Source: Candidatus Berkelbacteria bacterium (GTDB lineage: Bacteria; Patescibacteriota; UBA1384; JACPKC01). Taken from it: a stretch of DNA of 51,258 nucleotides. This document shows positions 37,840 to 46,648 of this stretch, piece by piece. Within the stretch, counting starts at the first letter, position 1; every line of letters begins with the position of its first letter. Both the position numbers and the translations under genes were made by a program. The notes below the pieces were generated by a model. It did no database searches, had not been told where the DNA came from, and worked only from the letters and a program-made list of their open reading frames with translations. The stretch is taken from contig JACQIO010000014.1 in NCBI GenBank assembly GCA_016198415.1, forward strand, positions 1-51,258, given 5' to 3'.

Positions 37840-39366
37840 TCAGAGTCCCAGTTGGGCGCGGTCGATGACGAAGAGTTGGCTGCCATCGGCAAAGCCGGCG
37901 ATTCGGTTGACACCGCCAATGGCACTGAGTGACTGACGGATTGCCTCGTGGTCGGCAAAGAACGGGTAGGTGTCGAGCGTTGACTGCCCGGCTGGGAGTT
38001 GGCCGTAGAAAATGTGCGTCGCGCCGGTGTCGGCCAGATACTGACCGAGCCGAGCCTGGGTGTTGACGTCGGTCAGGGTGGGGACGCCAGCCACCCGATC
38101 ACCTAGGAGTGCCTGGTAGTAGGGCGAGCTGGGCGTGAGGACAATCCGACTCTCCGGCGGGAGGGCCTGCATCGCCCGGGCCGCCGCAAAGCCGCTCGAG
38201 TTGAACCAGACGAGGTTGCGGAAACCGTAGGGGAGCTCGAACGGACTGGTGGTGAGCATGACGGTTGCTAGGACAACCACGGCGGCGGCCAGACCCCCGA
38301 TCACGAGCTGGCGGAGCCGCGTCCGGCCCAGGGCGACGAGCCAGGCGAGGAACGCCCCACCGGCCACCGAGAGCGGGATGGCGAGCTCGCGAGCGAGCCG
38401 GCCGGGCAGGAAGCCCTCGATTCGCGAGAGGAGGAAGAGGGTGATGATCCAGCTGACCAGGAAGAGCTGTTCTGCCGCCCGGCCCGGGACGCGGCCGGTC
38501 AGGATGAGCGCCAGGCCAGCGATGCCGAGCGTCCAGACGGTCGGCCCGATCGTCTCGGCGTAGTCTCCCAGCGGGAGCGGCTGGGACCAGGCTGGGCCGA
38601 GGAACGAACCGGCACCGGCGGTGAGTGACGCAAGTGCCGGCAGGAGGACCGCCGGGCCGTAGTAGAGCCAAGCGAGGCCAGCGGCGACCAGGAATGCAAC
38701 CGCGAGGAACTGGCCGACGGAGGCCAGGTGGCGAAGTTCGGCGGCCTGGGTGAGCGCGAGGATGCCAATGCCAACGGCCAGGACGATGAGCGTCACCACG
38801 AGCGAGAGGTGATGGGTGAGCGCAAGGATAGCCAGCGAGCCGACGATACCGGTCGCTCCGAGCCACGGCCGGTGGCGGAGCGCAGCGAGCGTGGCAGCAA
38901 AGACGAGCGGTGCCAGGAGGCCCGAGCCGATGAGGTTAGGGTAGTTACCATCCGCGTAGCCGGTCACCAAGCTGACGCTCGCGAGTCCCACCAGCCCGGC
39001 CGCGAACCAGCTCGCAAGCACCCCAAACCAGGCGCGCGTCAGGAGATAGACACCGATGATCGGCGCGAGGGCGGCGAGGAGACCGAGAGCGGTGACCGCC
39101 TCAAGCGAGGTGAGGCCCAAGAGCGCGCTCACCCCCCAGCTGGCGAGGTGGAAGAGTGGCGGGTAGTTGGTGACGGCCAGGACCCCGTTGGCTCGGAGCC
39201 GCTCGACCAGCTCCAGGTGCACAGCCGGGTCGCCACCAGGTGGCACGAGGAATCCGTCGACCAGGAACCCCCAGCCGAGGAGGACGAGCCGCAGGCCGAG
39301 GATGCCAGCCAAGATGGCGGCGGTCCAGAGGAGCGTGGCGGTCGTTGGACGCTCGGGCGCGGTCAT
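37840..39366 (-). CDS. Polytopic membrane protein, probable GT-C; paralog of 14122-15654
   Basis: GGDPAVHL, NYPPLFH, DGNYPNLIG, THHLS; many TM segments. Confidence 0.72.
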   Translation of the reverse strand: MTAPERPTTATLLWTAAILAGILGLRLVLLGWGFLVDGFLVPPGGDPAVHLELVERLRANGVLAVTNYPPLFHLASWGVSALLGLTSLEAVTALGLLAALAPIIGVYLLTRAWFGVLASWFAAGLVGLASVSLVTGYADGNYPNLIGSGLLAPLVFAATLAALRHRPWLGATGIVGSLAILALTHHLSLVVTLIVLAVGIGILALTQAAELRHLASVGQFLAVAFLVAAGLAWLYYGPAVLLPALASLTAGAGSFLGPAWSQPLPLGDYAETIGPTVWTLGIAGLALILTGRVPGRAAEQLFLVSWIITLFLLSRIEGFLPGRLARELAIPLSVAGGAFLAWLVALGRTRLRQLVIGGLAAAVVVLATVMLTTSPFELPYGFRNLVWFNSSGFAAARAMQALPPESRIVLTPSSPYYQALLGDRVAGVPTLTDVNTQARLGQYLADTGATHIFYGQLPAGQSTLDTYPFFADHEAIRQSLSAIGGVNRIAGFADGSQLFVIDRAQLGL

Positions 39367-40295
39367 GACTGCCCCTGCCCGCTTGCGGTCGACTTGGCAA
39401 AGAGCCAGAAGACGCCGTCGGACAGGCCGAGGAGGCGCCAGGGCAGATCCACCAGCGTGGTCAGTCCAGCGACGACGGCGAGCCAGCGCCGGTAGAGTCG
39501 GAAGCGCCAGCTCGGCCGGACGGGTCGATCACCGGCCGCGGCCAAGGCCATGGTCCTCGAGTCTTCGACCCGGCGCGGCTGGACCGCGAGGAGGAGCTGT
39601 GAGAGCGCGTGCATGACCACCTCATCGTAGAGGATCGTGAAGAAGCTGTGGAAGGGAGCGCGGCCGAGTTGGACCAAGCCAAGCTCCCTCGCGGCGCCAT
39701 TGATCACCTCCGGCCTGACGAGGAGCTCCGGCTGGTGGTCGCCAAGTGCGCCGCAACCGAGCCGACCGCCGGAGAGCTTCATGAGCCACCAGTGCCAGGT
39801 CAGGGCGTTCCGCCGGCTAATCGCGTAGACGAGGAGCCGACCCCCCGGCCGGACGATCCGCGCCATCTCAGCGAGGACCCGGGCCGGATCCGGGACGTGC
39901 TCGAAGGTCTCAAAGCTGATCGCGGCATCGAAGGTCGCGTCCGGGAAGGGGAGCGCCTCGGCATCGCCCGTCTGGAGAGAGAGGGCGGGGAAGCGCCGCT
40001 GCCCCGCGGCAATGCTGGCCGGTGAGAGGTCAATCCCCGTTCCGACCGTCTGGAACTCACGCCGGAGCTGCTCGAGCCGAGCACCGGCATTGCAGCCCAC
40101 GTCCAGGACCGTCTGCCCGGGCTGGAGCTCGAGCCGGCGGAGCCAACGCTCAAACGCGAGATCGCGGATCAGCTTGGGCTTGGCAAAGCCAAAGGTCCCG
40201 GCACCAGCAGCGAGATCGTCGAGCAGGTGATCATCGTAGAGCCGGGCCTGGGCGGCCTTGTGCGCGGTCGCATCAAGGGTAGGTGGGTGGGTCAT
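39363..40295 (-). CDS. Class I SAM-dependent methyltransferase
   Basis: VLDVGCNAG, GDAEALPFPDATFD, FEHVPDP, EMARIVRPGG. Confidence 0.9.
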   Translation of the reverse strand: MTHPPTLDATAHKAAQARLYDDHLLDDLAAGAGTFGFAKPKLIRDLAFERWLRRLELQPGQTVLDVGCNAGARLEQLRREFQTVGTGIDLSPASIAAGQRRFPALSLQTGDAEALPFPDATFDAAISFETFEHVPDPARVLAEMARIVRPGGRLLVYAISRRNALTWHWWLMKLSGGRLGCGALGDHQPELLVRPEVINGAARELGLVQLGRAPFHSFFTILYDEVVMHALSQLLLAVQPRRVEDSRTMALAAAGDRPVRPSWRFRLYRRWLAVVAGLTTLVDLPWRLLGLSDGVFWLFAKSTASGQGQS

Positions 40296-40304
40296 CGTCA
40301 CTCC

Positions 40305-42383
40305 CTAGCTCCCGGCAATGTCCCAGTAGGCATGAGTGGTCCGGGGAAACCAAGCGATACCATCGGCCACCAGGCCGACATCGAGTCGTTGGGTGCCACT
40401 ACTGGTGCCGCTGTTCCGAATCTGAAAGGTGAAGGTGCCGGTCTCGCCGGGCGCAACGCTCGCTTCGGTCAACGTCGCTGGCCGATTGGCCGAGACCCAA
40501 TTGGAGGCGAGCGGGAAGGTACTGAAGCTAAAGTTGTAGTCCCGGTCGACGGTCCCCAGGTTCACGGCTCCGCGACGCCAGGTGGCGGTCCCAGTGTTCC
40601 GGTAGCGGATCGTCATCGTTGAGGACTGCCCCACCGCGAGCGTGGGGTAGCGGAAGTCACCGGCCGAACTCGACCACGCGACAACCTGAGCGTCGTAGGC
40701 CGGGGAAACGGTGATGTCCCAGTACGCGTGCGTCTTGGCTGGGAACCACGCGATGCCGTCGGCAACGAGGCCGACGTCAAGGCGATAGCTCCCGCCAGCG
40801 ACGGTCCCCGGGTTCGCCAGCTGGAAGGTGAAGGTCCCGATCTCACTGGGAGCGACACTCGCCTCAGTCAACGTCGCCGGTCGATTCGTTGAGAGCCAAC
40901 CCGAGGCAAGGGGTTCGCTGTCGAGGCGGAAGTTGAAGTCCCGGTCAACGGTCCCGAGATTGACAACGTTCCGGAACCAGCGCGTTCGGCCGGTGTTCCG
41001 GTAGCGGATGGTGATGGTGACCGGATCGGTCCCGGAGAGACGCGGGTAGGCCCCCTCCTGACCCGAGCTCGACCAAGACACCACCTCGCCGGCGTAGTTG
41101 CCGGCATTCCGAATGGCGGCCTGAAGGTTGAGGATACCCCAGCCGGTCTCGTCAGTCCGCCCGCTCCCGCCCGACACCTGCCGAGCGGTGGAGAGGAGGA
41201 TATCGACAATCTCCTGGTTGCCCGCGCTCGAGTGAAAGTCTTTGACGACCATGACACCACCGGCCACGAACGGCGTCGCCAACGACGTGCCCGAGAGCGT
41301 CGTGTAGCCACCGCCATCCTTGGTAGTGTAGATCGACTCACCCGGGGCCATGAGGTCAAGGTTGGCACCGTAGTTTGAGAAGCTCGACCGCGCGTCGCTA
41401 CTCCCCACGGATCCAACGGCGAGGACGTGCTCGCTCGCGGCTGGGTAGCTGACCGTATTAGTGCTGTCGTTGCCACTCGCCGCAACCAGCACAATCCCCC
41501 TGGACCAGGCTTGGTCAAGGGCCGAGGTGAGGGCGGCCGACTCGGTCCCGCGGCCAAAACTCATGGAGATGACGTGGACTCCGGCATCAATCGCGTAGGT
41601 GAGTGCCTCAACGACATCGCTCGTCGTTGCCATGCCGGAACTATCAAAGGCCTTGACTGGGACGAGTTTGGCCCGCCAGTCAACCCCCGCCACGCCGAGA
41701 CTATTGTTACCGGAGGCGGCCGCCACCCCAGCCACGCTCGTGCCGTGACCGTTGTCGTCGGAGTCGGTGTTGGCGGCCAGATCGGCATCGGTCATCACGT
41801 TCCGGCCGGCCAGGATCTTTCCGGATAAGTCTTCATGGGTGCCGTCGATGCCGGTGTCGATGATCGCAATCTTGGCGGTCGTCTTGCCCTGGACGTAGTC
41901 CCAGGCCTCAGGGGCCCGAATCTGCTCGAGCGCCGTCCGCTGGCTGGCGTAGTTGGCATCGTTCGGCGTGGCGGTGATCGCAAGGAGCGCGTCGTCCTCA
42001 ATGCTCTCCACCTCGGCGAGCGCCAGACTCCGTTCACGCACCTGGTTGCGCAGCTCGGGATCCCAGACGGTCACTGTCACCACCCCGGTCCCCGGATGGA
42101 GGGCCAGATCGTCAGGGCTGATCCCGAGCTCAGCCGCCAGGCCGTCCAGCGACGGGGGGTCAGCCTGGAAGGTGATGAGGAGTTGCCGAGCGGCCCGTTG
42201 ATCAGCCGGCGTGATCGGCCCGGCTCTCCCCAGCTCAGCGGGCGACGCCTGAGAGGCCTCGGCCGCCGGTTCCGCCCCTACCGGGCGGCTCCCGATTCGG
42301 AGCCCCAGCCCAATTAGCCCGCCCACGACAAGGAACCCAAGGAGCACTCGGACCTGGACGGGGAGCTCGGCCAGTCCAGTCAT
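40305..42383 (-). CDS. S8 (subtilisin-like) serine peptidase with N-terminal TM and two C-terminal Ig-like modules
   Basis: Triad motifs IIDTG, GHGTSVAG, GTSLATP; oxyanion AASGN; two ~130-aa C-terminal repeats. Confidence 0.92.
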   Translation of the reverse strand: MTGLAELPVQVRVLLGFLVVGGLIGLGLRIGSRPVGAEPAAEASQASPAELGRAGPITPADQRAARQLLITFQADPPSLDGLAAELGISPDDLALHPGTGVVTVTVWDPELRNQVRERSLALAEVESIEDDALLAITATPNDANYASQRTALEQIRAPEAWDYVQGKTTAKIAIIDTGIDGTHEDLSGKILAGRNVMTDADLAANTDSDDNGHGTSVAGVAAASGNNSLGVAGVDWRAKLVPVKAFDSSGMATTSDVVEALTYAIDAGVHVISMSFGRGTESAALTSALDQAWSRGIVLVAASGNDSTNTVSYPAASEHVLAVGSVGSSDARSSFSNYGANLDLMAPGESIYTTKDGGGYTTLSGTSLATPFVAGGVMVVKDFHSSAGNQEIVDILLSTARQVSGGSGRTDETGWGILNLQAAIRNAGNYAGEVVSWSSSGQEGAYPRLSGTDPVTITIRYRNTGRTRWFRNVVNLGTVDRDFNFRLDSEPLASGWLSTNRPATLTEASVAPSEIGTFTFQLANPGTVAGGSYRLDVGLVADGIAWFPAKTHAYWDITVSPAYDAQVVAWSSSAGDFRYPTLAVGQSSTMTIRYRNTGTATWRRGAVNLGTVDRDYNFSFSTFPLASNWVSANRPATLTEASVAPGETGTFTFQIRNSGTSSGTQRLDVGLVADGIAWFPRTTHAYWDIAGS

Positions 42384-43135
42384 GCGCCCCCTCCTGGCTG
42401 TTGGGCCACCAGCCAGATCCGCGTCTGGAAGGCTCCAAAGATGAACCGTGCGAGCACGGGGTAGGTGAGCATCCGAACCGTCTCAAGGAGGCCCTCGTGT
42501 CGCGGCTGAAAGGCCTGGCCGCTCGCGTGATAGCGCCAGACCTGGGCAAACCCAACCTGGCGACAGCTGCGCGCGAGCGCCGCGGCATCCAGGCCGCGTT
42601 CGGTCACGCCAAACCGCTTGGTCGCAGCTACGGCGGCCGGATCAGAGGCGTGAGCCCGGTTCGGTTCGGCCAGGATGAGAACCCCGCCGGGTCGAAGACG
42701 TTGGGCGGCACTCCTGAGAGCCGGCTCGTCGGCTTGACAGTGGTGGAGGGCGTCATAGATGAGGACAACGTCCACGCGATCCGCTGGCTCGAGCGCGATC
42801 GGTGCCTCCATATCGGCGACCACAAAGGTCACCGCGACCCCGGCCTGCTTGGCCTTCTCCTTGGCAACCGCAATCATCTGGGGCGAAAGGTCAAAGCCGG
42901 TCACGGTGTAGCCCAGCTGAGCCAGGAAGAGCGAGAGCCAGCCTGGACCACAGCCCAGTTCGACGATCCGCTCGGCGTCCGGGGCGTGTCGAGCCAGGAG
43001 TGCCAGGAACGTGGCCACGTCAGCCAAGTTGCGCTGCGACTCGGCCCGATCGAACGTGCCAAATGGCTTAGACCGTAACCAAGCCTGCTCAGCTGGTGAC
43101 AGCTTGGTGGGAAAAGCGATCTCGTGCTCTTTCAT
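42380..43135 (-). CDS. Class I SAM-dependent methyltransferase
   Basis: IVELGCGPG, GFDLS, DALHH, LRPGG. Confidence 0.88.
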   Translation of the reverse strand: MKEHEIAFPTKLSPAEQAWLRSKPFGTFDRAESQRNLADVATFLALLARHAPDAERIVELGCGPGWLSLFLAQLGYTVTGFDLSPQMIAVAKEKAKQAGVAVTFVVADMEAPIALEPADRVDVVLIYDALHHCQADEPALRSAAQRLRPGGVLILAEPNRAHASDPAAVAATKRFGVTERGLDAAALARSCRQVGFAQVWRYHASGQAFQPRHEGLLETVRMLTYPVLARFIFGAFQTRIWLVAQQPGGGA

Positions 43136-43168
43136 AGGGCGTATATCCTTGGCACAGGCGATCCGTTC

Positions 43169-44668
43169 CTAGGCTCCCACGTCCCAGTAGGCATGGGTGG
43201 TTCGGGGGAACCAAGTAATGCCGTCGGCCACCAGGCCAACATCAAGACGATAGGTCCCGCCAGTGACACCCCCAGGATTCGTCACCTGGAACGTGAACGT
43301 CCCCGTTTCGCCCGGGGCCACGCTCGCCTCGGTCAAGGTGGCCGGGCGGTTGGTGGAGAGCCAGTTGGAGGCGAGGGCGTAGCTCCCAAACCGGAAGCCA
43401 AAGTTCTCATCGACGGTGCCGAGGTTGACGGTGCCACGCGCCCAAGAAGCCGTCCCCGTATTCAGGTACCGAATCGATAGGGTCGACGTCTGACCACTAC
43501 TCAAGGTGGGGTAGCGGAAGTCCCCGGCCGAGGTGGACCAGGAAACCACTTGGCCATCGTACGCCGGTAAGGTCCGGACTTCCCAGAAGGCATGGGTGGT
43601 TCGGGGGAACCAAGTGACGCCGTCGGCCACTAACCCGACGTCGAGGCGGTACGTATCGGCGTGGATCCCACCGTGTCTGACCTGGAATGTAAAGGTGCCG
43701 GTTTCGCCGGGGGCCACGCTCGCCTCGGTCAAGGTGGCCGGGCGGTTGGTGGAGAGCCAGTTGGAGGCGAGGGCGTAGCTCCCAAACCGGAAGCCAAAGT
43801 TCTCATCGACGGTGCCCAGGTTGACCGTGCCACGGCGCCAAGTGGCGGTTCCGATGTTCCGGTAGGTAATCGTGAGCGTTGCGGTCTGCCCGGACGCGAG
43901 GGTGGGGTAGCGGAAGTCCCCGGCCGAAGTGGACCAGGAAACCACCTGGCCGTCAAAGGCTGGGCTTGTGAACCGATAGGTGTTGTAGAAGAGGTTCCAG
44001 AAGTTGTAGTTCCCGTTGTAGACGTGCGGGGTGTAGCGGTAGAGCGAGGCGGCGGCTCGGTTATCGTACGAGCCACAGTTGGTGCCGTTGTGATCGGAGA
44101 AACAGAAGCTCTGACCAACTTGGTAGTCGGCAAAGTCGTGGCCTGAGGCACGCTCGTAGTTGTAGCGGAGCTGCCAGGCCCCATTCTCCACCTGCTTGGT
44201 GAATCCCGCGTAGGTGGCGTTACAGCCACCACCGTCCGGACAGGCGTAGCCCATGGCCGCCCGGAGCGCCCCCTCGCTGTACTCGGACCGGGTGATGAGG
44301 CTCTGCTCTTTCTGGAGGGTGGCCAGAATCACGCCGGGGTGGACGGTCCCCGTTGCCTCGGTGATGGCGATCCCGTTGATGCTGCCGGAGGCCTCGCCTA
44401 CCCCATGCGCCGCATCGACGATGATCTGGGCAGCCGATCGTCCGCCCTCAGAGAAGCCGGCCAGGTAACTACCTCGATCCACGAGGAAACGTTGGACGTC
44501 GTCCACGCTCAGTGCATTCACGCTCGTGAACTCACCATCGGAGATGAGGTTGGAGGGGTTGAACTCAGCGGCCTGGACGACCGGCGCGAACAGGCTGAAG
44601 CCAAGCCCCAGGAATCCGAGTCCAACGAGCCTTTGGATAGATCGACGGGCATCGTCAACAGTCGACAC
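43169..44668 (-). CDS. Secreted protein: uncharacterised N-terminal domain plus two 132-aa Ig-like modules
   Basis: GTG after GAGGGAG, TGTTATACT extended -10 upstream; signal peptide ending VQA; LQKEQSL, AMGYACPD, LYRYTPH. Confidence 0.8.
   Translation of the reverse strand: MSTVDDARRSIQRLVGLGFLGLGFSLFAPVVQAAEFNPSNLISDGEFTSVNALSVDDVQRFLVDRGSYLAGFSEGGRSAAQIIVDAAHGVGEASGSINGIAITEATGTVHPGVILATLQKEQSLITRSEYSEGALRAAMGYACPDGGGCNATYAGFTKQVENGAWQLRYNYERASGHDFADYQVGQSFCFSDHNGTNCGSYDNRAAASLYRYTPHVYNGNYNFWNLFYNTYRFTSPAFDGQVVSWSTSAGDFRYPTLASGQTATLTITYRNIGTATWRRGTVNLGTVDENFGFRFGSYALASNWLSTNRPATLTEASVAPGETGTFTFQVRHGGIHADTYRLDVGLVADGVTWFPRTTHAFWEVRTLPAYDGQVVSWSTSAGDFRYPTLSSGQTSTLSIRYLNTGTASWARGTVNLGTVDENFGFRFGSYALASNWLSTNRPATLTEASVAPGETGTFTFQVTNPGGVTGGTYRLDVGLVADGITWFPRTTHAYWDVGA
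43314..43816. repeat. 107-bp identical direct repeat (43314-43420 and 43710-43816) within a 396-bp tandem domain repeat
   Basis: Base-by-base comparison from GGGGCCACGCTCGCC to CATCGACGGTGCC. Confidence 0.9.
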
Positions 44669-44826
44669 GAGGTCTCCCTCCGTTCTTACGACGGAGTATA
44701 ACATAGCCGAGTCTCCCAGACCTCTGGAGGATCAGATCACCAGTGAAATCCCAGTTCCTCAGACTGCCAGATGCTGCTGGGCTATCTGACCGACTCACTG
44801 GTCTCTGGTTCGCCTGGTGGTCTGAA

Positions 44827-45438
44827 TCACCGAAAGGTGATCAGGTAGAGGGCGTAGGTCAGGCCAATTCCAAAGAGGCCACCGAGGACCCCCTGCGCGA
44901 TGGTGTGACGGTGTCGGTACGTCCGGGCCCAAATCACGAGTGGCAGGCCCAAGAGTAACCACCAGCCCCACGGCGCCTCGGCCAAGAGGGCAAAGGCCGC
45001 CGCGGCCCCGGCGTAGACCCAGCTGTGGATACTGACCTTCCACAGGAGGGTGATCAAGGCCGCCACCAGGCCGTTGGCAAAGGCGACCAAGGCGAGGAGG
45101 AAGATGGTGGTTGGGGCATCGAGGAGCCAGAGCGTGATGATCCCCAGGCCGGCCGAGACAAGGAAGATGAGGAAGACGGTCGCGCGTTGCTCGCGGACCA
45201 TGATGTGGATATCCGTGATGCGGCCAACCCGAACCCCCCAGATGACGTAGCAGGCCGGGATCAGACCGGTGAAGAGCAGCATCGTCCCCGCCCAGGTGAG
45301 GAACTCCGCTGTGGTATCGGCCACTCCCCAGGTAGCCCCCAGGACCAGGAGCGGGAAGATCACAAACGGACTCGCCACCGCTGAGATGAGGTAGGCAAGG
45401 CGACCCCGCTTGGATGAGGAGGCAACCGACGGACGCAT
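44827..45438 (-). CDS. Membrane protein, PAP2-superfamily-like
   Basis: About 6 TM; WKVSIHS and WARTYRHRHT..Q resemble PAP2 C-terminal motifs. Confidence 0.65.
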   Translation of the reverse strand: MRPSVASSSKRGRLAYLISAVASPFVIFPLLVLGATWGVADTTAEFLTWAGTMLLFTGLIPACYVIWGVRVGRITDIHIMVREQRATVFLIFLVSAGLGIITLWLLDAPTTIFLLALVAFANGLVAALITLLWKVSIHSWVYAGAAAAFALLAEAPWGWWLLLGLPLVIWARTYRHRHTIAQGVLGGLFGIGLTYALYLITFR

Positions 45439-45491
45439 GGAGCCATCATCCCGGAGCGCTCCAGGAGCGTCAATTCTGCTAGGCTGATCCT

Positions 45492-46196
45492 ATGGTCTCT
45501 CTGCTAGAGGCTGCTCGAGACGCGGTGCTCGACCTCGTCTTCCCCACCCGCTGCCTCGGCTGCGATGCACCGGGTCAGTGGTTCTGTGAGACCTGCCTGA
45601 CCGCCAGTCGACTGACGCGCTCCCTCACCCACTGCCAACGTTGCAACCGGTTTACCAGACGGCCCGGTCGGCTCTGTGGAGCGCACCGCCAGGCACTCGG
45701 GCTCCACGGTCTGGCCAGCCTGGGTGACTTCCACGCCCCACCGCTCCGCCGGGCCATCCACCTGGGTAAGTACGAGGCCGTCGGTACCGGCCTCACGGCC
45801 CTGACGACGCATCTCCTGGAACGAGTCGAACCGGTCTTGGCGGCCGTGCCGGTGGGCGTCCTGGTCCCCCTACCCCTCTCGGCGCCGCGGCTCCGGACCC
45901 GCGGCTACAACCAGAGCCTGATCATCGCCCGAGAGCTCGAGCGGCGGACTGGCCACGCGCTCTCGCTGGGCCTGACGCGACGCCAAGACGCCGGCCAGCA
46001 GGTGGGTCGCTCGCGGGCCGAGCGTCTCGATGCCATGGACGGCGTCTTTGCCTGGCGAGGTGAGCACGCCCCGCGCTCGGTCATCCTCGTCGACGACGTC
46101 ATCACCACCGGTGCGACCCTCCGGGCGGCCGCCCAGGCACTGCGCACCGCTGGCGCCCGCGAGATCTACGCCCTGACGCTGGCGGATGAGGTCTGA
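45492..46196 (+). CDS. comF: ComF family (zinc ribbon plus phosphoribosyltransferase)
   Basis: FPTRCLGC..FCETC..CQRC, VPLPLS..R...RGYNQS, LVDDVITTGAT. Confidence 0.9.
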   Translation: MVSLLEAARDAVLDLVFPTRCLGCDAPGQWFCETCLTASRLTRSLTHCQRCNRFTRRPGRLCGAHRQALGLHGLASLGDFHAPPLRRAIHLGKYEAVGTGLTALTTHLLERVEPVLAAVPVGVLVPLPLSAPRLRTRGYNQSLIIARELERRTGHALSLGLTRRQDAGQQVGRSRAERLDAMDGVFAWRGEHAPRSVILVDDVITTGATLRAAAQALRTAGAREIYALTLADEV

Positions 46197-46206
46197 CCCT
46201 GCTCGA

Positions 46207-46235
46207 TTGAAAATTCTGGCATCCGCGGGTAGGAT
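46207..46235 (+). promoter_or_regulatory. Sigma70 promoter for Hsp20
   Basis: TTGAAA-17 nt-TAGGAT. Confidence 0.6.
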
Positions 46236-46258
46236 GAATGTGACAGAGGAGGAGGACT

Positions 46259-46648
46259 ATGGCGACGCAAGCTGCGACGAGCGATCTCACCAACGACGAC
46301 TGGATGGATGAGGATGCGGGTGGCCAGCTGGCCATTGACGCCTACCAGACCGATGACACGGTGGTCATCAAGGCGCCGATTGCCGGCGTCAATCCGGAAG
46401 ACCTCGAGGTCAACATCACCGAGGACACGGTCATGATCAAGGGCGAACGGCACGCCGGCGAGAGCGTCCAGCGCGAGCACTACTTTATGCAAGAGTGCTA
46501 CTGGGGCGCCTTCTCCCGCTCCTACGTCCTGCCGACGGCCGTTGACGCCGACAACGCCGACGCCCAGCTCAAGAACGGCATCCTGACGATTACGATCCCC
46601 AAGCTCTCCAAGACCCGCGCCCGCCGCTTGGCTGTCAAGACGCGGTGA
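46259..46648 (+). CDS. Hsp20/alpha-crystallin small heat-shock protein
   Basis: IDAYQT, AGVNPEDL, ECYWGAFSRSYVLP, AQLKNGILTITIPK; GAGGAGG SD. Confidence 0.95.
   Translation: MATQAATSDLTNDDWMDEDAGGQLAIDAYQTDDTVVIKAPIAGVNPEDLEVNITEDTVMIKGERHAGESVQREHYFMQECYWGAFSRSYVLPTAVDADNADAQLKNGILTITIPKLSKTRARRLAVKTR

Noticed and set aside
43169-43960. Diversity-generating retroelement TR/VR pair
   Set aside because: Both repeats are in-frame coding domains, differences are not adenine-specific, and no reverse transcriptase is present
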